A DNA stretch of 64,000 bases, taken from positions 32,673-96,672 of IMG/VR virus record IMGVR_UViG_2713896909_000009, one strand, 5' to 3'. The DNA comes from a virus. Lineage: Duplodnaviria > Heunggongvirae > Uroviricota > Caudoviricetes. Numbering within the stretch: position 1 is the stretch's first letter; every line of letters starts with the position of its first letter. Shown one piece after another: positions 12,660 through 22,301 of this stretch. The notes beneath the pieces are model-generated. The model saw nothing but the letters and a program-made list of their open reading frames with translations. It was not told the DNA's origin and did no database searches. Position numbers and translations under genes: made by a program.

Positions 12660-14029
12660 TAATAATCCTCTTGCCAGTCAGCACCGGCATAGTTATCAAA
12701 CCGTGAGTATTGGCCGTTAAAAGCCAATCTCACCGTGCCAATTGGGCCATTTCGTTGCTTACCAATAATCACCTCGGCAATGCCCTTCATTTCGCTATCC
12801 GGGTGATAAACCTCGTCGCGATACAGAAACATGATCAGGTCTGCGTCCTGTTCAATTGCTCCAGATTCACGCAAATCTGAATTTACCGGTCGTTTGTCCG
12901 CACGCTGTTCAAGCGAGCGATTAAGTTGTGACAATGCCACCACCGGTACTTGTAATTCCTTCGCCAACGCCTTAAGTGAGCGAGAAATCTCGGCAATTTC
13001 CAGCGTTCGGTTGTCTTGCAGCTCGGGGACGCGCATAAGTTGCAGGTAGTCGATCATGATCATGCTCAATCCGCCATTTTCTTTATAAACACGACGAGCG
13101 CGGGAACGAAGCTCTGTAGGTGTCAGGGCGCTTGAGTCATCAATAAAAATATTCTGCTTGTCCAACAGAATCCCCATTGCGCCAGAAACCCGCGCCCAAT
13201 CCTCGTCGTTAAGTTGCCCAGTTCTAATACGAGTCTGATCAACACGTGCAAGAGAGGCCAGTGAGCGCATCATCAGCTGGTGGCTTGGCATCTCAAGGCT
13301 AAAAACCAATACAGGCTTATCGCTACGGACTGCGGCATTTTCGACAAGATTCATCGCAAACGTGGTCTTTCCCATAGATGGGCGGGCGGCGACAATAATG
13401 AGATCGGATGGCTGAAGCCCTGCCGTCTTCTTATTGAGATCGGTAAATCCGGTATCAAGCCCCGTTACACCATCATGCGGTCGCTGAAACAACTCTTCTA
13501 TGCGAGATACCGTTGCATCGAGAATGCTGGCGATATCTTTTGGACCACTACCGCTCTTTTGTCGTTTTTCAGCTATTTCAAAAACGCGGCGCTCGGCCAT
13601 ATCCAGCAATTCATTGCTGCTCCGGCCATCTTGCGCATATCCAGCTTCGGCTATTTCATTTGCGACGGAAATCATTTCACGAACAACCGCGCGTTCACGA
13701 ACGATATCCGCATAAGCACAAATATTTGCCGCGCTGGGCGTGTTCTTTGACATCTCCGCAAGGTAAGCAAAACCACCGGCGCGTTCTAATTTACCGTTCT
13801 GTTCAAGTGCTTCAGCAAGTGTTATCAAATCAATCGGTTTGCCATGACTTAATAACCTCTCCATCTCACTGAAAATTTCACGATGAGCACTGGTATAAAA
13901 ATCATCAGCAACTATACGATCTGCAACTTCATCCCAGCGGCAGTTATCAAGCATTAAGCCACCAAGCACAGCTTGTTCTGCACTAAGGGAATTTGGCATG
14001 GATTCAAGAGGGGATGCAGACATTAACAC
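12659..14029 (-). CDS. ban: replicative DNA helicase, DnaB family (P1 Ban-like)
   Basis: Walker A GKTTFAMNL, DnaB C-terminal motifs, 456 aa; P1 Ban is a DnaB analogue of similar size. Confidence 0.9.
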   Translation of the reverse strand: MLMSASPLESMPNSLSAEQAVLGGLMLDNCRWDEVADRIVADDFYTSAHREIFSEMERLLSHGKPIDLITLAEALEQNGKLERAGGFAYLAEMSKNTPSAANICAYADIVRERAVVREMISVANEIAEAGYAQDGRSSNELLDMAERRVFEIAEKRQKSGSGPKDIASILDATVSRIEELFQRPHDGVTGLDTGFTDLNKKTAGLQPSDLIIVAARPSMGKTTFAMNLVENAAVRSDKPVLVFSLEMPSHQLMMRSLASLARVDQTRIRTGQLNDEDWARVSGAMGILLDKQNIFIDDSSALTPTELRSRARRVYKENGGLSMIMIDYLQLMRVPELQDNRTLEIAEISRSLKALAKELQVPVVALSQLNRSLEQRADKRPVNSDLRESGAIEQDADLIMFLYRDEVYHPDSEMKGIAEVIIGKQRNGPIGTVRLAFNGQYSRFDNYAGADWQEDY

Positions 14030-14308
14030 TCCACCCTAGTGTGCTGAATGTCAGATATAGTCGGCATACTCAAATCACTCCTAACGATATGAGTCATCAC
14101 CAGAAAATCAGGATTAATGCGCCGGACTCTTCCCGGCTGTCACACCGAATCGCCAGGGTGGTGAGTCCCTGAATCCGCTATCCTACCAACGGTGACTTGC
14201 ACATTCCGGCTACCTGGTTTGTTGCCTGAGCTAGGGGAAAAGGCAACCCCTTTAACGTCACCAGACCGCTAACGACGCATGTGCCAGACGCCGTGTTACA
14301 ACCAAATA

Positions 14309-14384
14309 TGGTGGCCCCTACCGGACTCGAACCGGTGACCGTGCGATTATGAGTCGCCAGCTCTAACCACTGAGCTAAAGGGCC
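14309..14384 (-). tRNA. tRNA-Ile2 (anticodon CAU, lysidine type) or tRNA-Met
   Basis: 76-nt cloverleaf on minus strand: GGCCCTT acceptor, loop CTCATAA, TTCGAGT T-loop, CCA encoded; anticodon arm matches E. coli ileX. Confidence 0.85.
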
Positions 14385-14658
14385 GGATTACTGTTTACTA
14401 AGTGCTTCAATGGCGCTAACAATGCCGCCTACAACTATGGCAACAATGATAATAAGAACAATTGGATACTTGTCAGCAAAATCCCAGAAGCCCATCACTG
14501 ATCCTTCGAAGCTGTTTTAAATATCGGCCATACCAATGTTACAGCCACTGCCACCAACGCCCCGTCCGATAAAACTGACAGGATTGTGCTGGTGAAATCC
14601 ACCAGCACGGACAGCAAGAGAAAACCAATGGCGATTGCGATACGTGCCTTGCTTGCCA

Positions 14659-15093
14659 TTACAGATAATCTTCCACACGAAGACCTAAACGACGGCCTAC
14701 TTCTTCCAGTACTTTGTGTTCTGCTGGCTCGATTTCACCGTCCGCTTCTGCAATCGTCAGCATGTTAACGAATACTTCTTCCGCTTCTTTTGGGTCGTTT
14801 TTGATATCTTCAATTTCGCGAAGGATATTCATGCGACCAACACGGAAGCCAGCTTCCAGTTGCTCGGTAAAGCGGGTAATTGTTGCGGTAATTTCGTTAC
14901 CAAAATGACTAAGACGCGGATTAGAGCGGATAAGCTGATCAAGTTTCGCTGTTTCTTCTTTTTCGATTTCACCATCAGCGGCAGACACCAACAAACAGCC
15001 ACCGATAATGGCCTCCATCAGATCGCGATTCTCAACTTTTTTCAGCTCTACTTTTGCAGAAGCGACTTTCTTGCCGAACAATTTACCGAACAT
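14659..15093 (-). CDS. TerB-like tellurite-resistance-family protein (P1 TciA-like)
   Basis: Two acidic repeats (AADGEIEKEE ... AEADGEIEPAE) typical of TerB. Confidence 0.65.
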   Translation of the reverse strand: MFGKLFGKKVASAKVELKKVENRDLMEAIIGGCLLVSAADGEIEKEETAKLDQLIRSNPRLSHFGNEITATITRFTEQLEAGFRVGRMNILREIEDIKNDPKEAEEVFVNMLTIAEADGEIEPAEHKVLEEVGRRLGLRVEDYL

Positions 15094-15234
15094 TGGTTAT
15101 CCCTCAATAAAAGTGACATATTTATTAGATTGCGGTGCCGGGTGCCTCCCGGTGACGTTAACCAGTTAACAATTAACGCCGGAATGTTTAATCATCAAGG
15201 AGGATTGTTTTAACTGTTCCGCGTGCGCTTAGCC

Positions 15235-15329
15235 GCATTCACCACAACGGAAAGAGCATTTATGGCTCGCATCGCGGGAAAAAGCCCACGGTAGAGAGTC
15301 GAACTCTACAAATACTCTTACCTGTTGTG
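15235..15329. repeat. dispersed repeat unit 1 (conserved flanks forming a long terminal stem)
   Basis: Left flank GCATTCACCACAACGGaAAGAG, right flank CTCTTACCTGTTGTG; variable interior with internal hairpin GTAGAG-AGTCGAA-CTCTAC. Confidence 0.6.
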
Positions 15330-15382
15330 TGCTCCGTTTCGTGGAGCTAACGGCGGAGTAATCATCCGCCTCAAATTTATAA

Positions 15383-15796
15383 TTAACTGCTTGCTGATGG
15401 GTCATATTCGGTTAATTTAATCAACCGCGAATCAAGAGCTTTTCGATACTCAATCATGCTTTCGAGCTGATTTTGTAATTCCAACTGATTGTCCAAGCCC
15501 ATGGCGAGGAAGTTATCTGTTCCGATAAATCGAACTAGCTTATTTATGCGCTGGCACAGCTGAGCACGTTCGATAATCATTCGCTTGTGGTATTCTTCCA
15601 GACCATCAATTTTGCCCAACGGAGCTGCTATTTCATTAAATTCACGAAGTGGTATTTTTAGTTCGTTACCGAACACATCTACAACATCAATTTCAGATGC
15701 ATTTTCTTTCGAAACTTTATCGACCTGATAACTGGTGCTAACCACTAAAGAAATAACAAACTGCTCTTTCTGCATAATTACCGTTCTCGCACTCAT
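15383..15796 (-). CDS. hypothetical protein
   Basis: 137-aa ORF between the TerB-like gene and the repeat/tRNA array. Confidence 0.4.
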   Translation of the reverse strand: MSARTVIMQKEQFVISLVVSTSYQVDKVSKENASEIDVVDVFGNELKIPLREFNEIAAPLGKIDGLEEYHKRMIIERAQLCQRINKLVRFIGTDNFLAMGLDNQLELQNQLESMIEYRKALDSRLIKLTEYDPSASS

Positions 15797-15958
15797 TGGT
15801 GACAGTTTCTAAATAAATTGTGGTGGTCGGCGCTGATCTCCGACTGCGCCTCTTTTTGTTCATAACCCATAAGGCCGGTCAGTGCGCTTGATGACTGAGG
15901 CATCGATATTTACTACGCCGCCTCGTTGCCATAGGGCGGACTTGCGCGCCAGCAACAC

Positions 15959-16061
15959 GCATTCACCACAATGTTGAGAACACTGGTTGTCACGCGGCAA
16001 CGCAACATTTATTCATAGGTTGGGAAATGAACCCGTTACGCCAATGTTCTCAACGTTGTAG
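15959..16061. repeat. dispersed repeat unit 2 (variant flanks)
   Basis: GCATTCACCACAATGTTGAGAACA ... TGTTCTCAACGTTGTAG; same outer CACAA/TTGT(A/G)G ends. Confidence 0.5.
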
Positions 16062-16191
16062 TGCCGGTTACGGTTCCGGCCAGGCCTCTTCCTCAACGGG
16101 GTGTTCTCCGTACGGACTACCGTTTATTGGTCGTTCCTGCGGTTTATGTTGTGAAGCCAGATGCTTATCTTCTGGTTGCTTCAAAGAGCTG

Positions 16192-16267
16192 CACTTCATC
16201 ACAACGGTAAGAGCACTCGATGCATTTAAGCCAAGCCCCATAAGGGAGAATGCCCTTACCTGTTGTG
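16192..16267. repeat. dispersed repeat unit 3
   Basis: CACTTCATCACAACGGTAAGAG ... GCCCTTACCTGTTGTG. Confidence 0.6.
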
Positions 16268-16387
16268 TTGTGATGACCGGTGCTGATCTCCGGCTTGCGG
16301 TTATTTCAGACTCTCACGGGCGTTTAATTGCCCCGCCGGACAGCTCTTTTCCGCAATAGCTGCAATGTCTTTCGCGCATCAGCCTGC

Positions 16388-16482
16388 GCATTCATCACAA
16401 CGGTAAGGGTACTTCGTAGGGATTCGAACCCTCTGCCAAGCTCGGCGATCTCCGACGTCGCAAAATACCCTTACCTGTTGTG
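16388..16482. repeat. dispersed repeat unit 4 (abuts 3-prime end of tRNA-like gene)
   Basis: GCATTCATCACAACGGTAAGGG ... CCCTTACCTGTTGTG; interior contains AGGG-ATTCGAA-CCCT hairpin. Confidence 0.6.
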
Positions 16483-16483
16483 C

Positions 16484-16616
16484 TGGTGCCGGTTAACGGA
16501 TTCGAACCGCTGACCTCTGGCCTAACATCGAATCGTTGTCATTTGACCAGCAAGGCTGTCTACCGAAGTAGAAACGATGCTTTGGCTCTCGTGCTCTCCC
16601 ACTGAGCTAAACCGGC
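16484..16616 (-). tRNA. tRNA-like gene with about 58-nt internal insertion (identity unresolved; Thr by P1 synteny)
   Basis: Canonical 5-prime end GCCGGTT-TA-GCTCAGTGGGAGAGC and 3-prime end AGCGG-TTCGAAT-CCGTT-AACCGGC-A-CCA, but 80 nt lie between D-arm and variable loop. Confidence 0.45.
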
Positions 16617-16618
16617 AT

Positions 16619-16694
16619 TGGCGATGGTGGGTGGATTCGAACCACCGACCAGTTAGTTAACAGCCAACTGCTCTAACCGCTGAGCTACACCATC
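16619..16694 (-). tRNA. tRNA-Asn (anticodon GUU)
   Basis: 76-nt cloverleaf on minus strand: GATGGTG acceptor, anticodon loop CTGTTAA, T-loop TTCGAAT, CCA encoded. Confidence 0.85.
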
Positions 16695-16963
16695 ACTTGC
16701 CGGGTACGTCTCCGGCGAGGGCTTCCACCTCCGTATGCTTTTCGGCGCACCGCGCCCTGGCTGCAATTCGGTAACAGGGGATGCATAACCCTGGCTTCCA
16801 GCGTGATTAGCGCTTTCAGCATGACGGGATATACCCGTAAATTCGTGGAACTGTACCCAAAGTGCTGTTAAGCACCGCTGTTACGCTGAAAAGAAGACGC
16901 AACAGGAAAGGACGCTGACCAACAGATGGCCCCTTCTCGTTCATCTGGTTAATCACACCAGCG

Positions 16964-16978
16964 CCCTTACCTGTTGTG
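16964..16978. repeat. solo right-flank remnant of the repeat family
   Basis: ATCACA directly joined to CCCTTACCTGTTGTG without interior. Confidence 0.35.
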
Positions 16979-17365
16979 CCTCCCCGTTCCCTAATACACA
17001 GACGGGGACACTCTGCGGTCGATTTTTTGACGGGGGACGACTCATACCCCGTGGCGTCTGGCTTCTTAGGCCGCAGCCATCATCAGATCATCGTTTGCAT
17101 TTACTTTAATGGTCAGTTTCTAAACCGCCGCAAAGTCGCTAACCATGACGAAAACCCTGAAAAAACGCCCACCCGAAGATGGGCAAACAGGATGTAAGCT
17201 CGTTACGCATTTCGGTATTGCCACTTAGGCGTATGGTCAACCTGGCAACTCGGCGTCATGAGGGGGAAGGAGTCACTACCCCGCCATACTTGCCGCCGCG
17301 CCTGTCGCGGCTAACAGCTAAATCGCTCTATAAATCACGATTCATTGAAACCATATTACACTAAT

Positions 17366-17382
17366 GAATTTATTAGAGCAAT
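17366..17382. promoter_or_regulatory. C1 operator-like site
   Basis: gAATTTATTAGAGCAAT, about 16 of 17; positioned to control leftward transcription into the tRNA array. Confidence 0.5.
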
Positions 17383-20300
17383 ATAGCAATAACGTCATGA
17401 GCTACACCACGAGTGTTCCCCTTACAAGACACAGAACGTCTGGCAAAAAGAGGTTCCACTCTGAAGCCACTGTCTTGGTAAAGCTCCCTGATGTTTGGCG
17501 CACCACTATTAGTAATGAGGATCTTTGCACCTCGGCGATGAGCATCCATTAGCAGAGATACCAGGCGTTTTTGCTCTTCAAACTTAAAGTCATGACCGGA
17601 ATAGTTTGTGAACCCCTCTGTATTGGGGAGCGGTTCATACGGAGGATCGCAAAAGATGACATCTCCTTCTCCGGCAGCTTCAATCACCGCTGAAAAATCA
17701 CCACATACAAACTCAGAACGCCCTTCAGCACCGAGGAAGGCTTCCATCTCCTGTAATGGGAAATACGGAGTTTTATACTTCCCATAACCAACATTAAACT
17801 CACCGGCCTGGTTGTAACGCGTCAATCCGTTAAAACAATGTCGGTTCAGGAACAAAAACGCTGCTGCACGATGTAAATCATCATAGGCTTGTTTGTTAAA
17901 CGCATTCCGTACTGCCAGGTATCCTTCCTGTGTGTTGTAGTCCTGGAAAAACCGATGCGCCAGAGTGATAAGTGAATGTCCCTCACGTTGCAGAGTCCTG
18001 TAAAAGTTAATCAGGTCAGCATTCACATCATTTAGCAGATTTTCTTGATATCCGGCATTTATGAAAACAGCTCCGCCACCAACGAAAGGCTCGATCAGGC
18101 GCTTTCCGTCAGGTAAATGCCTAAAGATTTGTTCAAGAACACCAAATTTTCCGCCGACCCATTTAAATATGGGACGGTCAAATTCTGCCGTTAGCTTAAC
18201 TCTCCGTTCTGTTGCTTCATGATTTTTTGCCTGCTGATATGCAGCCTTAATAATCCGCTCACCAATCCATCGCATTACTGGTATCGCCATGCTATTGCCG
18301 ATCGCTTTGTAACGCGGTCCGTCAGCTGCAAGCATCGCGGCCTCTTCTTCGCTTAAATCTGGATAGTGATTGCGAAGGTATGCCAGTTCATCTGAAGTAA
18401 CTTTTTTACGCTTTTCCGTCGGGATCAACGTATGCCCATCAGGAAAACCTTGCAGTCTTTCACATTCGACAGGGGTAAGACGGCGGACAGCTACTGCTGC
18501 GTTTCCTACGTCATAGCAAACGGCTGTTGTATTTTTGGCCATTAAAGATGGTGAAGTATTCTTAGTTGCAGCATGTTGTGTACCGCTCATACGTTCAGGA
18601 AAAGCCAATGTAACAAGATGCTCATGGCTTTCTTGCTCACGTGCCCGCAATGTACCATGCCCTTCTGACCAAAAACCTGCTCCTGTGCTGCTAAAAACTG
18701 CAAGGTCAGTGGCATCTTTAAAGTCTCTCGCCTTTACTGTCGATGCGGTTTCATCGCCAATATATTCCCCAAATGCCGCCATCCTGAAAGCGTTTACGGC
18801 TTTCGTCGATTTCATACCGGGGGTAATGTCAGCGTGTAGGCATGGATTTAGGCTTTCGCCACTGATTGCAGCGCCATTTGCAATAATGGCGGAAGCGATT
18901 TCCTTCTTTTTTCGGCTCGGCGCAATATTCCGGCGCACGCCTTCGAACTCAAAAAGTACCGTTGCGGGATCGAGGTCTGTTCGAGCACTTGCGACAACAA
19001 ACACACGTCGGCGTCGTTGTGCCACTCCGAAGTATTGGGCATCAAGGATTCTCCAGGCCACCTTTCGCTGCGGTCCATAAATACAACCACACTGCGGCCA
19101 CTTTGGAGCATGGCAACCGGTTTTGCCATCCCACCGCCAGAACGCGTTACTTTTTCCTGATTCAGGTCGATCACCTGGTTCAAATGGCGCATCTTCTCCA
19201 GCCAATCCGGCAAGGAAACATCCGAAGGCGTTATCTGCCGATGACAAGACTCCTGGGACATTTTCCCAGACGATAACGGCTGGTTTGAGAAATGACTCAG
19301 CCCGTTTGTCGTCAATTGCATTTGCAAGCTCCACATACTTTAAAGTTAGCGCGCCACGCTCATCATCAAGCCCACCACGTAATCCCGCGATACTGAATGC
19401 CTGACAGTTATGGACCACCGCACCATTGAGGATATAGGAATGATCACCTTCGACTTCTATGTTGTATACAGTATCTAGGCCTACCGATTTAAACTCTTTG
19501 ACTGTTCGTAAAAGCATTCCATGAGCCAATCTTGATTTACGTGACAATTTCTGCGGGCAGATTGTTACCTGATAATAATTCCGTTGATTTACCACGCGAT
19601 CCTCGATCACTTTTTTGGGCTCAACTTCAATAAAGCTGACCGAAGAAACATAACCACAAGTCTGTGACACCCCCGCAACGCCCCAAGCAAGCGCAGGACT
19701 AACACTATTAATTCTAAATCCCGCTTTACCACTTGGTGTCCCATCAGTATCAAGATAGCCTTGTAAAAACACATGACGCAATGGATGCGACATCACCCAT
19801 GCAGGGATACGCTTAGCATGGCTTAACTCGCCAAAATGTTCATTAAGCCAATTGGCATAACACGTATCATTCAAGGTTACTTTGATGCTCCCTCGGATTT
19901 CTCTTGCCACGGAAAATATGTTTTCTGGTATGCGACAATGAAACTTTCTCAATTTCTGGCAATTTATGCAAAAAACAACCGCCTTCTTAGATTTACCTCT
20001 CCATCTCCTAATATATCCATCGCCAACATAAGCGCCCGCAAGATACATAGCCTGTTCTTCAGACAAGAACCGAGAACAAATATCTGGAGATGCAATATTG
20101 AAATTAGTTAGAGCGCACCATTGATATCCTGGCATATCACATGCTGCTCGCCATTCCGGTTCAGACAACAACTCTCTCTTAAAATATGTGCCATTTTTCC
20201 GGGTGTTTTGGGCTTTCCACCGAACAGCCAGGAAGGGATGGTCATTGGTTGTTCTTATACCTAAAGGCTGCCCAACGGCATTAAGTAACCCCGTATTAGC

Positions 20301-20660
20301 TATTTTTGAACCAACTCTTTTTACTTGTTGTAACCGCCCGAGATGACTGACTACGTAATCGCCAGGGCAAACATCTTCTATTGGTTTATAACCATTTTTA
20401 CAAAGAACCATATGCCCCGCGGTAAAACATGGTGTTCCCCCGACGAGCACGTCAGGGGATTCTATTTCCCCAGCCAGGACTTTTTTGGCAAGTTTAGTCA
20501 TGTCGCCAAGGTTGGCGACATGGGGCCAGCGGTGCGCAAGAACGGCCGATGGAAAAGACTCGATTTCAGCAAACCACGCCGGACGCATACCCAACGGTTC
20601 CCAGGCAATACTCGCGGCTTCAATTCCACTGCAAACAGATCCATAGCACAGCTCTTTCAC
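17373..20660 (-). CDS. dmt: bifunctional DNA methyltransferase: C5-cytosine MTase (intein-interrupted) fused to Dam-type N6-adenine MTase
   Basis: C5 motifs [41 protein letters not shown]; Dam motifs [19 protein letters not shown]; 1095 aa including a 341-aa intein. Confidence 0.85.
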   Translation of the reverse strand: MKELCYGSVCSGIEAASIAWEPLGMRPAWFAEIESFPSAVLAHRWPHVANLGDMTKLAKKVLAGEIESPDVLVGGTPCFTAGHMVLCKNGYKPIEDVCPGDYVVSHLGRLQQVKRVGSKIANTGLLNAVGQPLGIRTTNDHPFLAVRWKAQNTRKNGTYFKRELLSEPEWRAACDMPGYQWCALTNFNIASPDICSRFLSEEQAMYLAGAYVGDGYIRRWRGKSKKAVVFCINCQKLRKFHCRIPENIFSVAREIRGSIKVTLNDTCYANWLNEHFGELSHAKRIPAWVMSHPLRHVFLQGYLDTDGTPSGKAGFRINSVSPALAWGVAGVSQTCGYVSSVSFIEVEPKKVIEDRVVNQRNYYQVTICPQKLSRKSRLAHGMLLRTVKEFKSVGLDTVYNIEVEGDHSYILNGAVVHNCQAFSIAGLRGGLDDERGALTLKYVELANAIDDKRAESFLKPAVIVWENVPGVLSSADNAFGCFLAGLAGEDAPFEPGDRPESGKSNAFWRWDGKTGCHAPKWPQCGCIYGPQRKVAWRILDAQYFGVAQRRRRVFVVASARTDLDPATVLFEFEGVRRNIAPSRKKKEIASAIIANGAAISGESLNPCLHADITPGMKSTKAVNAFRMAAFGEYIGDETASTVKARDFKDATDLAVFSSTGAGFWSEGHGTLRAREQESHEHLVTLAFPERMSGTQHAATKNTSPSLMAKNTTAVCYDVGNAAVAVRRLTPVECERLQGFPDGHTLIPTEKRKKVTSDELAYLRNHYPDLSEEEAAMLAADGPRYKAIGNSMAIPVMRWIGERIIKAAYQQAKNHEATERRVKLTAEFDRPIFKWVGGKFGVLEQIFRHLPDGKRLIEPFVGGGAVFINAGYQENLLNDVNADLINFYRTLQREGHSLITLAHRFFQDYNTQEGYLAVRNAFNKQAYDDLHRAAAFLFLNRHCFNGLTRYNQAGEFNVGYGKYKTPYFPLQEMEAFLGAEGRSEFVCGDFSAVIEAAGEGDVIFCDPPYEPLPNTEGFTNYSGHDFKFEEQKRLVSLLMDAHRRGAKILITNSGAPNIRELYQDSGFRVEPLFARRSVSCKGNTRGVAHDVIAILL
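19407..20429 (-). mobile_element. intein with LAGLIDADG homing-endonuclease domain, inserted at the catalytic Cys codon of the C5-MTase
   Basis: Starts CFTAGHMVL (block A), TTNDHPF (block B), [11 protein letters not shown] and [10 protein letters not shown], ends VVHN followed by Cys+1; excision restores GGTPCQAF. Confidence 0.75.
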
Positions 20661-21562
20661 TGCTTAGCCTCTCCACCAAGGGCATTTACCAGAGCATCAA
20701 CCAGGCACGAAATTTCACTGGTCAACAGGAAGAAATCTGCGTCCAGTCGCTGCGCAACATCTTCACTATCAATATCAGAGTTCTGCTCAAGCAATTCATC
20801 CGCAAATTTGACGCTGGTAAGGCTGAAGTTATGGTCCAGTGTAAATTTAATGCGGTTCTGCCAGTCGAGTGCCAACTTAGTGACGAGCTTGCCAGCTTCC
20901 AGGTGTGTGGAAATTTCATCGCTTCCCAAATCCTGCTTTTTCACTCGGGCAATACCGCCATCCTCAAGCACTGCCTTAAGTTCTGCCGCATCCCCCATTT
21001 GAAATCCCTGTGGAGCACTACCATCACGTACCCAGTCGGTCAGCGTTAATTCAATGGGATTTTCAACACTTAGGGGAACAACAGGAAGAGAACCCAGAGA
21101 CTTACGCATAAGTGCGAGCATATCCTCTGCCTGCCGCGCGCAGGCATTGATATAGATACGTTTAGTTGAACGATCGTAGATCGCCTGGATAACAGAAAAC
21201 TTTGAAAAAGCCCGTGGCAGAAGAGAATGCAGAACTTCGTCTTTCAGGGAATCCTTTTCTGTTTTCTTCAGTTTACGCGCTTGTTCTTGCTCAAGTTTTT
21301 CAATTTTTTCTTGAATAGCTCGCTGGATAACCGGCAGGGGAAGAATTTTTGTTTCGCGCTTTGCTTCAACAAGGATAAAACCATTTCCATGCATAGCGAT
21401 AACTTCGGAATTATCACCAAATGGCGATACAAAACCGAACTTGGCCATATCCTGACTACCGCATGGCGTGAAAAGGATCATTTTCTTTTTATCTTCTAAG
21501 TCGGTCAGATCCGCCTCACGAGAAAGTTTATAAATAGTAATGTTTTTCCAGTGCTTAAACAT
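20657..21562 (-). CDS. rdgC: recombination-associated protein RdgC
   Basis: Near-colinear match to E. coli RdgC as I recall it ([53 protein letters not shown]); start at internal ATG 21562; 4-nt overlap with dmt start. Confidence 0.85.
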   Translation of the reverse strand: MFKHWKNITIYKLSREADLTDLEDKKKMILFTPCGSQDMAKFGFVSPFGDNSEVIAMHGNGFILVEAKRETKILPLPVIQRAIQEKIEKLEQEQARKLKKTEKDSLKDEVLHSLLPRAFSKFSVIQAIYDRSTKRIYINACARQAEDMLALMRKSLGSLPVVPLSVENPIELTLTDWVRDGSAPQGFQMGDAAELKAVLEDGGIARVKKQDLGSDEISTHLEAGKLVTKLALDWQNRIKFTLDHNFSLTSVKFADELLEQNSDIDSEDVAQRLDADFFLLTSEISCLVDALVNALGGEAKQ

Positions 21563-21833
21563 GTTGTAACCCTTGAATATCAACCACAGAAAGCTCGTCT
21601 TTGTAGAAAAAGGCCAAGTTGTGGCCCCCCCTCGTTTGAGCGTATGAGCTGGGACCAATTTCGTTCTTCCAGACAAATGGCTTCAAATCCGTACGGCGAA
21701 GCATAAAAACGCGATTTGTTCCGCTCTGATTCCCAATGAGGCAAAAGCCTTCTTTCACCTTGATAGCCTGCAAGTTGTCGAGTTCACCGCTGGTTACACG
21801 GCTATCGAACTCCTTGCGGCTTATTAGCTCCAT
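21555..21833 (-). CDS. hypothetical protein
   Basis: ORF upstream of rdgC, start uncertain (track start 21911 overlaps the operator). Confidence 0.3.
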   Translation of the reverse strand: MELISRKEFDSRVTSGELDNLQAIKVKEGFCLIGNQSGTNRVFMLRRTDLKPFVWKNEIGPSSYAQTRGGHNLAFFYKDELSVVDIQGLQHV

Positions 21834-21910
21834 CTGCATCTGACGACTCCAAACAAATGCCCATTGAAGGGCGATGGCTGAATGGTACCGAAAACACGAC
21901 ATAAAAAACA

Positions 21911-21927
21911 ATATTTATTAGTGCAAT
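21911..21927. promoter_or_regulatory. C1 operator-like site
   Basis: ATATTTATTAGTGCAAT, about 15 of 17; upstream of the minus-strand rdgC-dmt operon. Confidence 0.45.
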
Positions 21928-22008
21928 TTTGTAGTAAGTAAACGCCATACAGACCACAAATAACCTAAGTTAAAATAACGAAAATCAGAGCAAATCATTG
22001 GTGATGAC

Positions 22009-22293
22009 GTGGCAAGTATTGCAACAAAAGACAGCATTTGTTCGGGGCACGGAGGATTCCCATCCAGGCCTCCTGTAGAGAGTGAACCACTACTTAAAGT
22101 CAACGGAGTCGAAGTGTTAGTTGATGGTAAGCAATATGCACAGCATACCGATGGAAACAGTACGCACGGTGGGCAAGCTATATCAACCAGGGCATGGTTT
22201 ACCGTCAATGGTAAAGGGGTCGTATGCGTTGGTGACCCTGTTTCATGCGGTTCTACCGTAGCGTCAGGAGACGGCCTAGTTCAGGTAAGTTAG
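22009..22293 (+). CDS. PAAR-domain spike-tip protein
   Basis: Gly/Cys-rich PAAR-like motifs CSGHGG ... GDPVSCG in a 94-aa protein; GTG start. Confidence 0.65.
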   Translation: MASIATKDSICSGHGGFPSRPPVESEPLLKVNGVEVLVDGKQYAQHTDGNSTHGGQAISTRAWFTVNGKGVVCVGDPVSCGSTVASGDGLVQVS

Positions 22294-22301
22294 GAGATAT
22301 C

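Noticed and set aside
16027-16513. Plus-strand ORFs (110 aa, 61 aa) across the repeat array
   Set aside because: They run through the conserved repeat flanks and have Cys/Ser/Gly-rich low-complexity translations; more likely non-coding
16484-16616. Reading the 133-nt tRNA-like gene as two adjacent tRNAs
   Set aside because: Only one acceptor-stem pair and one D-arm/T-arm set are present; the interior has no second cloverleaf
15235-16985. Possible CRISPR array among the repeats near the tRNA genes
   Set aside because: Units are about 100 nt, irregularly spaced (hundreds of bp apart), and it is the flanks rather than a short direct repeat that are conserved; no cas genes seen
18535-19404. ORFs on the plus strand inside the dmt gene (181 aa, 104 aa, 93 aa)
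   Set aside because: They lie antisense to a long ORF with strong methyltransferase and intein motifs, and have low-complexity Arg/Ser/Pro-rich composition typical of antisense frames
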